Assembly (NCBI GenBank): GCA_035627595.1
Contig: DASPLK010000002.1
Location: forward strand, 160,481-224,480
From: Minisyncoccota bacterium
GTDB taxonomy: Bacteria > Patescibacteriota > Minisyncoccia > Phycocordibacterales > Phycocordibacteraceae
Direction: 5' to 3'
DNA: 64,000 bases
Made by a program: the position numbers and the translations under genes. Shown here one piece after another: positions 9,324 to 18,035 of this stretch; positions within the stretch are counted from its first letter, which is position 1; every line of letters begins with the position of its first letter. The notes beneath the pieces were generated by a model. It did no database searches and was not told the DNA's origin. It saw nothing but the letters and a program-made list of their open reading frames with translations.

Positions 9324-9951
9324 AGCCCCAGGCGTAGGATAGGCGACCTTGAGCAGGCTCTCGCCGCGAGCTAGGCGGCGGATGCTTGCAGGCGGTGAAA
9401 TAGCAGCCTGCGCACAGTAGCGTAAATGCTGCGAGGTAGATCAGGTCGTCAATGAAGATGACCACCTTTCCCCGCAGTATGGAAGCTACAATCCAGCGGA
9501 CTATGTCTAGCTGCACCGTGACCATGTAGCCGAACAGAAGGACTACCCGCATGAAGACGGCAAGATATTGCGGGTCCAGGTAATCCGGAAGACTACCGTA
9601 CGCCGCCATCTTGATGTGGTTCGCCTCAAGTATGGTAGCGACCCGTTTGTAGTGCCGCGTACATCTGAACAGCAGGAACACGAACATCGAGGTGAGCATG
9701 TAATGCACAGTCGTGTACGCGAACCATAAGTGATGCGGGATCAAAATGGCCGAAGTCACAAATAAGCCGGCAGTCAGCAGGAATAAGCCCACCTGAATCG
9801 CACTTGCGCTTATAAGCAGGTACTTTGCGATTGTGTAGTTACCTACGCCCGTGTGTTTAAAGATCGTGATCACGAGCGGTTGGAAAACGCGCATGACCAG
9901 GTACCTGTCCAGGTTCAAGAAGAGCCTGATGAGCCCTATTGGTATGCGCAT
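9322..9951 (-). CDS. Hypothetical integral membrane protein.
   Basis: 209-aa ORF with several predicted TM helices and no recognised motif. Confidence 0.4.
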   Translation of the reverse strand: MRIPIGLIRLFLNLDRYLVMRVFQPLVITIFKHTGVGNYTIAKYLLISASAIQVGLFLLTAGLFVTSAILIPHHLWFAYTTVHYMLTSMFVFLLFRCTRHYKRVATILEANHIKMAAYGSLPDYLDPQYLAVFMRVVLLFGYMVTVQLDIVRWIVASILRGKVVIFIDDLIYLAAFTLLCAGCYFTACKHPPPSSRREPAQGRLSYAWG

Positions 9952-10002
9952 CGTCTAACCTCCGTGTATCAATGCAGACAATATTTAAACACAGAATTGA
10001 GC

Positions 10003-10698
10003 CTAGGTCCAGGCTACAGGCACTTTCCCGTGCTCCTCAAGATACGCATTTGTTCTGCTAAACGGCTTACTCCCAAAGAACCCATTGGCGGCTGAATAAG
10101 GTGACGGGTGCGCTGACTCGATGACCAAGTGCCTCGTTCTATCGATGTGCATCCCCTTTTGCCTCGCATAATTACCCCAGAGTATGAATACGAGATGCTC
10201 CCGCTCATCAGAAAGCTTCTTGATGACCGCGTCGGTAAACTGTTCCCATCCTTTACCTTGATGCGAGCCGGGGGTTTTTGCACGCACAGTAAGGGTGGCA
10301 TTTAGAAGGAGTACGCCCTGCGTAGCCCAGCGCGTAAGATCCCCATTCTTATCTGCAAGCGCCTTCCCGAGATCGCTCTCAAGCTCTTTGAATATATTTT
10401 TGAGCGAGGGAGGGAGTGTTGCTTCCTCCGAGACCGCAAATGACAGCCCAACTGCCTGCTTTTCCCCGTGGTAGGGATCTTGGCCGAGTATGACAACCTT
10501 TACAACATCAAAAGGCGTTAGCTCAAACGCGCGGAAGACATGCTCTGGAAGCGGATATACCTTCCCTTTCCTGTACTCCTCTCGCACAAATGTAGATAAG
10601 TCCTTAAAGTAGGGTTTCTCAAACTCAGCAGATAGCCGCCTTTTCCAGCTCGGCTCGATAGCTATCTCCCTGCTTTCCATACAAAATCTAGAGCGCAC
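10003..10698 (-). CDS. ung: Uracil-DNA glycosylase (family 1).
   Basis: 231 aa with VILGQDPYHGEKQAVGLSFAV (the GQDPYH water-activating loop) and a C-terminal HPSPYSA region. Confidence 0.9.
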   Translation of the reverse strand: MRSRFCMESREIAIEPSWKRRLSAEFEKPYFKDLSTFVREEYRKGKVYPLPEHVFRAFELTPFDVVKVVILGQDPYHGEKQAVGLSFAVSEEATLPPSLKNIFKELESDLGKALADKNGDLTRWATQGVLLLNATLTVRAKTPGSHQGKGWEQFTDAVIKKLSDEREHLVFILWGNYARQKGMHIDRTRHLVIESAHPSPYSAANGFFGSKPFSRTNAYLEEHGKVPVAWT

Positions 10699-10948
10699 CT
10701 TCGGCTCTTAGGAGGCGCTCCTTCTCGACGGGTCCTCCGCGATTGTATGCGCCGATCTTTCCGTCTCCACGCACGACTCTATGACATGGAACGGTCGGGT
10801 CGTAGTTCCCTTTCATAACGGTACCGACCGCGCGTGCGGCGCCCGGGCGACCTATCGCTGCTGCAACCTGCCCATATGTACGCGTCTCTCCTTTTGGTAT
10901 ATGGCGAACAGCATCGCGCACAAGGTCTGCAAATGTTACCTGCTTCAT
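10688..10948 (-). CDS. Single-domain O6-alkylguanine-DNA alkyltransferase-like protein (MGMT/Ogt C-terminal DNA-binding domain with the active-site Cys retained).
   Basis: 86 aa containing the PCHRVV motif. It overlaps the ung start by 11 nt. Confidence 0.7.
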   Translation of the reverse strand: MKQVTFADLVRDAVRHIPKGETRTYGQVAAAIGRPGAARAVGTVMKGNYDPTVPCHRVVRGDGKIGAYNRGGPVEKERLLRAEGAL

Positions 10949-11005
10949 AAGCTGAGTATAGCAAAAGGCGAAGGGCGGACCGTGGTGGTCCGCCCTTGTG
11001 AACGG

Positions 11006-11239
11006 TCAGGCGCGCTTTACGCCTGAAAGCCCGCGCATGAACAGCAGTGTGATCAGCACCAGCGCCGCGTAGAGTGTGAGCGATCCCTTCCAGAAAGCGC
11101 TCTCTTCCGAAGCTCCGAGGAACTTCTCGCCGAAGTCATGTAGGAACATGTACGACGAGCCGACGAGCACGAACGATGGGATGATGGCAATCGCCATCGC
11201 TTTCCCAATGCGATTCAGTAAATCAACAAAGGTCATCAA
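11006..11239 (-). CDS. Small hypothetical membrane protein (2 TM).
   Basis: 77-aa hydrophobic ORF supported by its ORF alone. Confidence 0.3.
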   Translation of the reverse strand: MMTFVDLLNRIGKAMAIAIIPSFVLVGSSYMFLHDFGEKFLGASEESAFWKGSLTLYAALVLITLLFMRGLSGVKRA

Positions 11240-11311
11240 ACCCTCCAGGATTCTATGGACAGGACATTAGCCTGCGTGGCGCCATAGTGCGCTTATTACA
11301 AAACTTTGCAA

Positions 11312-12088
11312 CTATTTCTTCGCCCGGTGAAGTTCTAGAAGCTTCTTACCGGCGTACTCACGGTACGGACAGTACTGGCAATCCTTTCCTACAGGAGGAA
11401 TATCATCACAATCCAAGCACTCGCGGAGCTTCTTAAGGCACCCCTCTACCCATGAGTCGTCGCCCTCGTACGGAAGGATGGTAACCTCGAATTCGAGCTT
11501 GCCGTCGAATGCCTTCCTATCGTTCTGACCATTTGCGTATACGAAGTACGCGGTGTTCGAGACATCGAAGCCGTTCTTCCTAAACAGATACTGATATATC
11601 TCCACCTGGCGCTTGTACGAGTCCTTCCACTCGTCATCGAGCGTAACCGTGTCCTTTCCGGCAGTCGCCTTGTAGTCGACGATGTAGACCTTCCCGTCCT
11701 TGTCCTGCCAGATGTCATCAATACCCCCGCGAAGCGTAAGGTTCAGCTCTGGATGCGCATATTTGATGCCGCGCTTAAAGGCATCACGCCACTCTTCAAG
11801 ATCCTTGTGCTTAAGCGGGACCATGTCGATGCCATAGGTCTTCATCAGCGGATGCGCTTCGCCGTTCGCGCGGTACACATCGAACTCGCGCTTAAAGAGC
11901 TCGTCTACGGCGTTGTTGAGGGTAAATGGGAATGAGTCAGGACGGCCGATGCCGTATCGAGCCTCGAGCCAGAAGCAGCGGGCGCATTCCTGGTAGCGCT
12001 CTACCTTCGAACGTGAGATAACGTACGGTTCCTTTTGATTCGGAGAGAAACGTCCTTTCTCCCATTTGAGCTTGTATGGAAATGCCAT
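11312..12088 (-). CDS. Cas4-like/RecB-family PD-(D/E)XK nuclease with Cys clusters (probable Fe-S or Zn site). The start is taken at the internal MAFPYKL.
   Basis: …RGGIDDIW…KVYIVDYKAT… is a PD-(D/E)XK core. Cys residues sit at QECARCFW near the N-terminus and in a C-terminal cluster CLKKLRECLDCDD…DCQYC. Confidence 0.7.
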   Translation of the reverse strand: MAFPYKLKWEKGRFSPNQKEPYVISRSKVERYQECARCFWLEARYGIGRPDSFPFTLNNAVDELFKREFDVYRANGEAHPLMKTYGIDMVPLKHKDLEEWRDAFKRGIKYAHPELNLTLRGGIDDIWQDKDGKVYIVDYKATAGKDTVTLDDEWKDSYKRQVEIYQYLFRKNGFDVSNTAYFVYANGQNDRKAFDGKLEFEVTILPYEGDDSWVEGCLKKLRECLDCDDIPPVGKDCQYCPYREYAGKKLLELHRAKK

Positions 12089-12092
12089 ATCC

Positions 12093-12935
12093 CTAGTGTA
12101 CCGCAACTGACTGGCAGAGCGCTTCTGCTTCGGCAATGACTGCACCGATACGCTCCGGGCTCATGGTAAGTTTCCGCATCGCATCACGGTTCTCTCTTAG
12201 CATTTGGCATGTGACTATGCCCTGGTCTATCAAAAGACGCTTCTCGCTCTTTCTAAGAAGCGTGAGGGCGGTTATGGGGTAGAGACCAGAAGCGACAATG
12301 CGGTCATAAAGGTTCCCTTCATGCGGGTAGCTCCAACCAAGAAGCCCGAGTCCGGAGCACTTTGCGTATTGCACCGCCTGGCTCGTGAATTTAGTGTTCG
12401 TGATGAGCATTCCCGTAGATACCGGGCAAGTCAGCTTTTGAGCGGGATCGCAGGCAAATATGTCATCGAATCGCGCCTTCACATAGAGCGCCACCTTTAC
12501 ATCTGTCTTGTATCCAGGATCGTTGTGGTATTTCAGCTCGGCGCCAAGGTACTCCTCTCCCCGGGTCGCGTACACATCTACCTCGTGTGATATGCACTTA
12601 CCCGGGATCATCTGTCGTCCCTCTACGACCCATCCTTCAGCCTTGAATATCTCTGCGACAAAGTCTTCAAATGGATGTCCGGAAGGCCCAAACTCAAAGA
12701 GCGCCCGGCGGAGGCTGTAGCGGGCTGCCGCGGTCCTCGCATCGTGCCGAAGCATCTGGAACGCACGACGATATATCTCGTTCGTCATCGCGCCGGGCGC
12801 GATGGTGCTCTCAATCGTGTGCCGGATGCGCTTGGCCGTACGCTCGGTTGCACCTGCTTTTTTAAGGGATGACTCGAGCTTTGCGCCGTCAAAGGGCTCT
12901 ACTGTTCCGTCTGTCTTAACAATGTTCGGTCCCAT
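12093..12935 (-). CDS. ATP-cone domain fused to an Mrr-like (restriction endonuclease-fold) PD-(D/E)XK nuclease domain. The start is taken at MGPNIVK.
   Basis: The N-terminus …NIVKTDGTVEPFDGAKLESSLKKAGA…IRHTIEST… matches the ATP-cone pattern (V.K.dG..E.Fd..Ki). The C-terminal half has HEVDVYA…LGAELKYH, a D…ExK arrangement as in the Mrr catalytic domain. A 4-nt gap separates it from the Cas4-like gene. Confidence 0.7.
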   Translation of the reverse strand: MGPNIVKTDGTVEPFDGAKLESSLKKAGATERTAKRIRHTIESTIAPGAMTNEIYRRAFQMLRHDARTAAARYSLRRALFEFGPSGHPFEDFVAEIFKAEGWVVEGRQMIPGKCISHEVDVYATRGEEYLGAELKYHNDPGYKTDVKVALYVKARFDDIFACDPAQKLTCPVSTGMLITNTKFTSQAVQYAKCSGLGLLGWSYPHEGNLYDRIVASGLYPITALTLLRKSEKRLLIDQGIVTCQMLRENRDAMRKLTMSPERIGAVIAEAEALCQSVAVH

Positions 12936-12936
12936 A

Positions 12937-13380
12937 CTACAGTGCGTCACCTCCCTGCGGGAGCCCGTTAACGAATACCTCCATGCGCACTGCCTCTGGA
13001 CCCTCTACCTCTAGGGTAAATGTGCGCTCCTCTGGCACCTCAAGGCAGATGCCCTCATCATGCTCGGAAGTGACATCAATACGGATAAGCGCCGGTGATA
13101 GCGTCTCATCGAGTGTCGCGATGGTATCAAGTCGTTGGCAGCGGTTACGGAGTGTCACCGCACCCTCTATGGTGTGTACGCCGTCCAAGTAGGTTGATGA
13201 GATGGATACAGGAAGCGCTGGCGTCTCAAATGTTTCTCGCTCCACCGGCGCCACTGCCGGTCGGAAGTATAAAAGTGCAGCAAACGCCGCAAGAACGATG
13301 AGCGCGCCTGCGGTAAGGGAGAGATGCGTACGAGGCCTAAGTTCCTTCCACGCGGCCATGAGATTTCCTATGAAGCGCAT
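12937..13380 (-). CDS. Hypothetical membrane-anchored protein.
   Basis: 147 aa with one N-terminal TM helix and no recognised motifs. Confidence 0.4.
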   Translation of the reverse strand: MRFIGNLMAAWKELRPRTHLSLTAGALIVLAAFAALLYFRPAVAPVERETFETPALPVSISSTYLDGVHTIEGAVTLRNRCQRLDTIATLDETLSPALIRIDVTSEHDEGICLEVPEERTFTLEVEGPEAVRMEVFVNGLPQGGDAL

Positions 13381-13382
13381 GC

Positions 13383-14429
13383 TTAGAGCATGATACCACC
13401 CCCATGGCAGCGGTCTTTGGTGTAGAGGACTAACGACTGCCCCGGTGCCAGCGGCTCTGTGCCTTCTTCGGGCGTGAAGGTATTCTCTTTTGCATTCAAG
13501 TACCCCCGTACGATGGGACCATGGTATCGGTACTGTGCTTCGTATACGCCATCCACCATTTGTGTGTGCCAGTTTGTTTCAGAAAGACGTATGGTGCGAC
13601 TCACATGTTCCTTATCAAGCTGCTTTGCAACTACAAGCACATTCTCCTGCATGTCCTTTCGCACCACGTACCAGGGACCAGGTGCTGCCCCGGCAAGTGC
13701 GATACGCTCGCCGAGCGTATGGAGCGTGGCCCCTTTGTGCATGCCTACTTTCTTGCCCTCCTCGTCTATGGCTATACCCTCTGTGCTTCCGAACTCGCTG
13801 CGAAGAAAATCCTCAACTGAAATGTTTCCCAGAAAGCAGATGCCCTGACTATCTCGTTTATCGGCGACCGGTAGTTTAAAGCGCCTAGCAAGATTACGCA
13901 CCTCATCCTTCTTAAGCCCGCCTACCGGAAGGAGCGTGTGTGCGATTGCATCCTGCGGCACCGCCCATAGGAAATAGCTCTGATCCTTATCCTCGTCTAT
14001 GCCACGTAGGAGGACGCCGCTCTCGCTCCTTGCGTAGTGTCCGGTCGCGATATAGTCCGCACCGCTTTCCTTCGCATAGGTGTAAAACGCGCCGAATTTA
14101 ACCTCGCGATTGCACATCACATCTGGGTTAGGCGTTCTGCCAGCCTGGTACTCACGAAGCAGGTAATCGATGACACCTCGCTTGTATTCGTCACTCGCAT
14201 CAAGCGTTATAAACGGTATCCCAAGACGTGCTGCTACACGCATCGCATCTCTACGGTCTGCTGCCCAGGTACAGGGCATGCCTGGTGGGTACCAGCCCTT
14301 TATGAATACCCCTGTCACTTCAGCACCTGCCTTAACAAGGAGCGCAGCCGTTACGGCAGAGTCTACTCCGCCTGAAAGACCCGCATAGACGCGCTTCCCT
14401 TTCACATTCATGCCCACTGTATAGCACAC
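13383..14429 (-). CDS. mnmA: tRNA-specific 2-thiouridylase.
   Basis: 348 aa with the PP-loop SGGVDSAV and MnmA-like length and architecture. Confidence 0.88.
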   Translation of the reverse strand: MCYTVGMNVKGKRVYAGLSGGVDSAVTAALLVKAGAEVTGVFIKGWYPPGMPCTWAADRRDAMRVAARLGIPFITLDASDEYKRGVIDYLLREYQAGRTPNPDVMCNREVKFGAFYTYAKESGADYIATGHYARSESGVLLRGIDEDKDQSYFLWAVPQDAIAHTLLPVGGLKKDEVRNLARRFKLPVADKRDSQGICFLGNISVEDFLRSEFGSTEGIAIDEEGKKVGMHKGATLHTLGERIALAGAAPGPWYVVRKDMQENVLVVAKQLDKEHVSRTIRLSETNWHTQMVDGVYEAQYRYHGPIVRGYLNAKENTFTPEEGTEPLAPGQSLVLYTKDRCHGGGIML

Positions 14430-15434
14430 CTAGTCGAGATAGAGCTCGCGGTTGCCCTTATGCTCGTCAAACGTGCGTGCGTAGTACATGAGCCCGTCCC
14501 GTCCAGTAAGGTAATAGAAATACTCGCTCTCCGTAGGGTTGAGCGCCGCATCAAGAGCGTCGATTCCCGGATTTGCTATAGGACCCGGCGGCAGGCCACG
14601 GTTCTCATACGTGTTGTACGGAGAATCGATATCGAGATCCTCTCCGGTAGGTGCATAGCCGGAGCGGTTGAGGATATAGCCGAATACCGCATCCACCTGA
14701 AGGGGCATGCCTACCTCCAAGCGGTTCCAGAGAATGCCTGAGACCATGCGACGGTCTTCCGCAGTGTCAGCCTCCTTTTCGATGAGGGACGCTAGAGTGA
14801 CCACGTCAGTAAACGGAATACCGCGCTCTTCCGCCGCCTGCTGTAAGGCACGCGTTCTATCAGTAAAGGTCTCTTGAAGGCGTGCAAGAACGCTTTGGGG
14901 CGTGGTGCCCGGATCAATAAAATACGTATCCGGGAACAGGTATCCTTCAAATGGTGTTGCAAGAGTCGTAAACAGCTTGGCATCAAACATAGGAAGCGCA
15001 GCGGCTAGCGCGTCTCCCATCTCGCGCGCATTCATGCCCTCTGTAAGTGTGATGCGGATGGATTCTATGCCGCGCTCGCCATCTTTGATGCGTGATGCGA
15101 CTTCTAGCATATTTAGCGGCTCAGCGAAGTAGTAGGTCCCAGCATGTACCTCCCGGTCCGCTCCTGTAAGGCGCATCCATATGTGGAATAGAAGCGACGA
15201 GCGTATTACCTGCTCCTGCTCAAGCGAGGCAGCAAGCACAGATACCGGCACGCCCGCAGGTACATCGATAAGTGAGTCAGTCGGAAATGCTGAAGGTGCC
15301 GAGACAAGCAAGTGCCAGCAGATGGAAGTGATGAAGATCAGTGCTGCAATAGCGCAGGCAAGAAGTCGCAATAGAAGGGGCGTAGAGCGTAGATACCCCA
15401 ACAGAATATGGATTGCCGTCTGGAACCGCTCCAT
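14430..15434 (-). CDS. mltG: Endolytic murein transglycosylase MltG/YceG family (paralogue 1). The start is taken at the internal MERFQ, which avoids overlapping the upstream gene.
   Basis: N-terminal TM helix plus YceG core motifs …GILWNRLEVGMPLQVDA… and …YNTYENRGLPPGPIANPG…. Confidence 0.8.
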   Translation of the reverse strand: MERFQTAIHILLGYLRSTPLLLRLLACAIAALIFITSICWHLLVSAPSAFPTDSLIDVPAGVPVSVLAASLEQEQVIRSSLLFHIWMRLTGADREVHAGTYYFAEPLNMLEVASRIKDGERGIESIRITLTEGMNAREMGDALAAALPMFDAKLFTTLATPFEGYLFPDTYFIDPGTTPQSVLARLQETFTDRTRALQQAAEERGIPFTDVVTLASLIEKEADTAEDRRMVSGILWNRLEVGMPLQVDAVFGYILNRSGYAPTGEDLDIDSPYNTYENRGLPPGPIANPGIDALDAALNPTESEYFYYLTGRDGLMYYARTFDEHKGNRELYLD

Positions 15435-15436
15435 GG

Positions 15437-16828
15437 TTATACAGGAAGATTCGATGGAGCGCCGGAGGTGGTGGACTGGATGCGCGGTAAGCTCGGTGTT
15501 GCGACAGTCGCGCTTGGAACATGGAAGAGAGTCGCTAGTTCCTCGGTGCTCATGACATTCCACTTTGCCTTGTACGGGCTGTGGAAGAACTGTCTGCGGC
15601 GCCACGCATCAACCATGAGGTGCATGGTGTGCGCCTGGTGGTGCCCATGCGGATCTTCCCAAGGATATTCCATGTACTTGTTAGACCAGTCCGGCATGAC
15701 GTTCAGACTGTTCCAACCTTCAGAGACGAATGGTTTCCAAAGGTTAACCAGGAATCCTCCCACGATGCCCTGGTAATGCTCCTTAGGTGCTGTATAAAGC
15801 GCTCGGATGCCAGTATCAAATGCGAGCTTACCGGAATTGCGCTCGTACGCAGCAATGGTCTCAGTCTGACCCTTGGTCGGGTTCGGAAACGCGCGTACTT
15901 TGATGGTTCTGCCAGATACAGGATCGACCTGCTCGGTCTCGCCAACGGCTTCCTTTCGAAGCTTTGCTATCTGCTCGAGCGCCGCGTCCTTCCATGTGTA
16001 ATCTTTACCGTCCGGCTTTTTCTTGTTGTATGTCTCGCCCTTGTGCGTTCTGATTGTTATCTGCACCCACAGCTGTTCGTGCGGTCCGAGCGATCCTAGA
16101 AGCTCGATGAGCTGCGCAAGAGGGTCAATCTGTTCTTCTGGCTTCTGCGGCTTATCAAGACCGAACTCTACGTATGTTCGGATTGGAAGCGGAAGCGGCT
16201 TTGACTTCAAATACTCGAAGCCGACCATCTGGTTTGGCTCATGGGAAGGGTCGATAAGGCGGCTGTAGTCCTCGACCTCGATAATCTCTGCGCCTGGATA
16301 CTGTGCATAGAACGCGCTCTCTATAGCGCGTCGGAAGCCATCACGCGTCCATACGTAAAAGTGTACTTGGCCACCCAACGATACGATCTCAAACGAGTAC
16401 CATGCACGAACTTGACCGAGCACGATTCGCTTCCACCACGTCGCTTCGCCAAGTCCAAGATGCAGCGCTGAGAAGACCGATTCCATCGCAGCCGGTGTCT
16501 TCATCGTATCGCGTGGAAGTCGGAGCTCAAGGAGTACATGCTTCTGGCGCGCAATATATGCAGCGCGATTAGCGGTTAGGTACTGGAAAAAGGTCCACTT
16601 CCAGAGAATGATGGGCAGCCACAAAGGCGCAAAGAACAAGAGGAACGAGAAATTCCTGAGGGTTTGTGCAGGTGACATGAACAGGAATACGACGGTCATC
16701 ACCACAAACGCGATGATAATGGGCCGTGCCTCTAGGTGAAGACCACCGGTCTCGTGTCCCGAGTGCATCCAGTGTTCGATCGCATGTAGTCCCGGGAGAC
16801 CGCCGCCTCCGTGTTCTCCGCTCGACAT
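15437..16828 (-). CDS. Conserved hypothetical membrane protein: two N-terminal TM helices and a roughly 380-aa soluble domain, His-rich at both ends.
   Basis: Long uninterrupted 463-aa ORF packed between mltG and the sigma-like gene, with no recognisable catalytic motif. Confidence 0.5.
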   Translation of the reverse strand: MSSGEHGGGGLPGLHAIEHWMHSGHETGGLHLEARPIIIAFVVMTVVFLFMSPAQTLRNFSFLLFFAPLWLPIILWKWTFFQYLTANRAAYIARQKHVLLELRLPRDTMKTPAAMESVFSALHLGLGEATWWKRIVLGQVRAWYSFEIVSLGGQVHFYVWTRDGFRRAIESAFYAQYPGAEIIEVEDYSRLIDPSHEPNQMVGFEYLKSKPLPLPIRTYVEFGLDKPQKPEEQIDPLAQLIELLGSLGPHEQLWVQITIRTHKGETYNKKKPDGKDYTWKDAALEQIAKLRKEAVGETEQVDPVSGRTIKVRAFPNPTKGQTETIAAYERNSGKLAFDTGIRALYTAPKEHYQGIVGGFLVNLWKPFVSEGWNSLNVMPDWSNKYMEYPWEDPHGHHQAHTMHLMVDAWRRRQFFHSPYKAKWNVMSTEELATLFHVPSATVATPSLPRIQSTTSGAPSNLPV

Positions 16829-16886
16829 GCCTCAAGTATAGCAAGCATAAACAAGACACCGCCCTTTCGGGCGGTGTCTTCGTGGA

Positions 16887-17978
16887 TTAGATGACGGTAT
16901 AGGTTCCGTCCTTTCCGCGCTTGAAGTGTTTCGGGTCGTTCAAGTTTACGAGGATGGTGTTGTCTTTCACATAGCGCACCTTCTTCACCTCTTCAATGAC
17001 CTGCTCGCGCGTCATTGAACCATTTCTGCGGATGACATCCTTGATGACATCGCGAACGACGCCAGGCTGGTAGCCCCATTCCTTAAGTGCGTAAAGTCCG
17101 CGACCTACAAGAACAAAACGCTCGTCCTTGATGAGCTCGTTGTGCGTAGTAGCAACATGTGCCTCCTTGGCAAACAAACTACCGATAGCTTTGGCAACAT
17201 CAGAGAAGTGCATTGGCTGGCCGTTACGCTTTATAACGAGGTACGCGTAATCGCGAATGCCCTTCGTACGTATGGTCGGCGAGGTGGCCTTGCCCCACTC
17301 TGAAAGCGGATTTGATGCAATGGTTTTGGAAAGAGAGAGCCAACGCTTCAGAATTTCTTCGTCCTGATACGCATCGTTCACATCCTTCAGCTCCTCGAGG
17401 AATCGCTCGATAATAGCGCCCTCCTCAAGCACCTCGTCATCAGAAAGAGAAGAATAGAGGCGAGAAAGCGCCTGATGAACGGCTTCGGCAGTGCCAGAAT
17501 CCACATGCCAGCGTGCATAGAAATGATCGGTCTCGCGCTCGCGGAAGAACGCGCTACCAACGACAAGTAGGAAGCGCACGCGGTTGCGACTCTTCTCGTC
17601 GTTTGCGAGGGAGCCAAGAAGCTCTTCCTCATGGACGATGCCGCCCATAGACTTTATACGGTCGCAAAGCTCGTTAAATGCGTTCTCCGCGTCCTCGAAC
17701 GCCTTACTGGTGCGGATAGCTTCTATGCCGGCAGCTTCGATCTGGCGAACACGCTCGCGGGTGATGCCCCAGCGCTCGCCGATAGCCTCAAGCGTCTCGC
17801 GCTCTGCAGAGGTACCGAGTCCAAAGCGAAATACAAGAACCTCGCGAGCTCGCTCAGGAACCTCAGCGAGAAGGCGCTTTACAAGCGTCGCGGTATCAAA
17901 GGAAAGCGAACCTGCGCCTGCCTTTTTGGCAGGTGCTTTTTTGCCCGCGGAACCCTTTTTAGCGACCTTCTTTGGCAT
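16887..17978 (-). CDS. Putative transcription factor with an N-terminal Lys/Ala-rich tail, a sigma-70 region-4-type HTH and a C-terminal HARE-HTH-like winged helix.
   Basis: …LAEVPERAREVLVFRFGLG…ETLEAIGERWGITRERVRQIEAAGIEAIR… is a classic region-4 pattern. The C-terminus …PMHFSDVAKAIGS…ERFVLVGRGLYALKEWGY resembles the RpoE-delta/HARE-HTH fold. Confidence 0.55.
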   Translation of the reverse strand: MPKKVAKKGSAGKKAPAKKAGAGSLSFDTATLVKRLLAEVPERAREVLVFRFGLGTSAERETLEAIGERWGITRERVRQIEAAGIEAIRTSKAFEDAENAFNELCDRIKSMGGIVHEEELLGSLANDEKSRNRVRFLLVVGSAFFRERETDHFYARWHVDSGTAEAVHQALSRLYSSLSDDEVLEEGAIIERFLEELKDVNDAYQDEEILKRWLSLSKTIASNPLSEWGKATSPTIRTKGIRDYAYLVIKRNGQPMHFSDVAKAIGSLFAKEAHVATTHNELIKDERFVLVGRGLYALKEWGYQPGVVRDVIKDVIRRNGSMTREQVIEEVKKVRYVKDNTILVNLNDPKHFKRGKDGTYTVI

Positions 17979-18035
17979 ATTTATTAGCAGTTAGTCAATT
18001 ACTTATACCAGATAGCTCAAATATAGTCAAACCCA

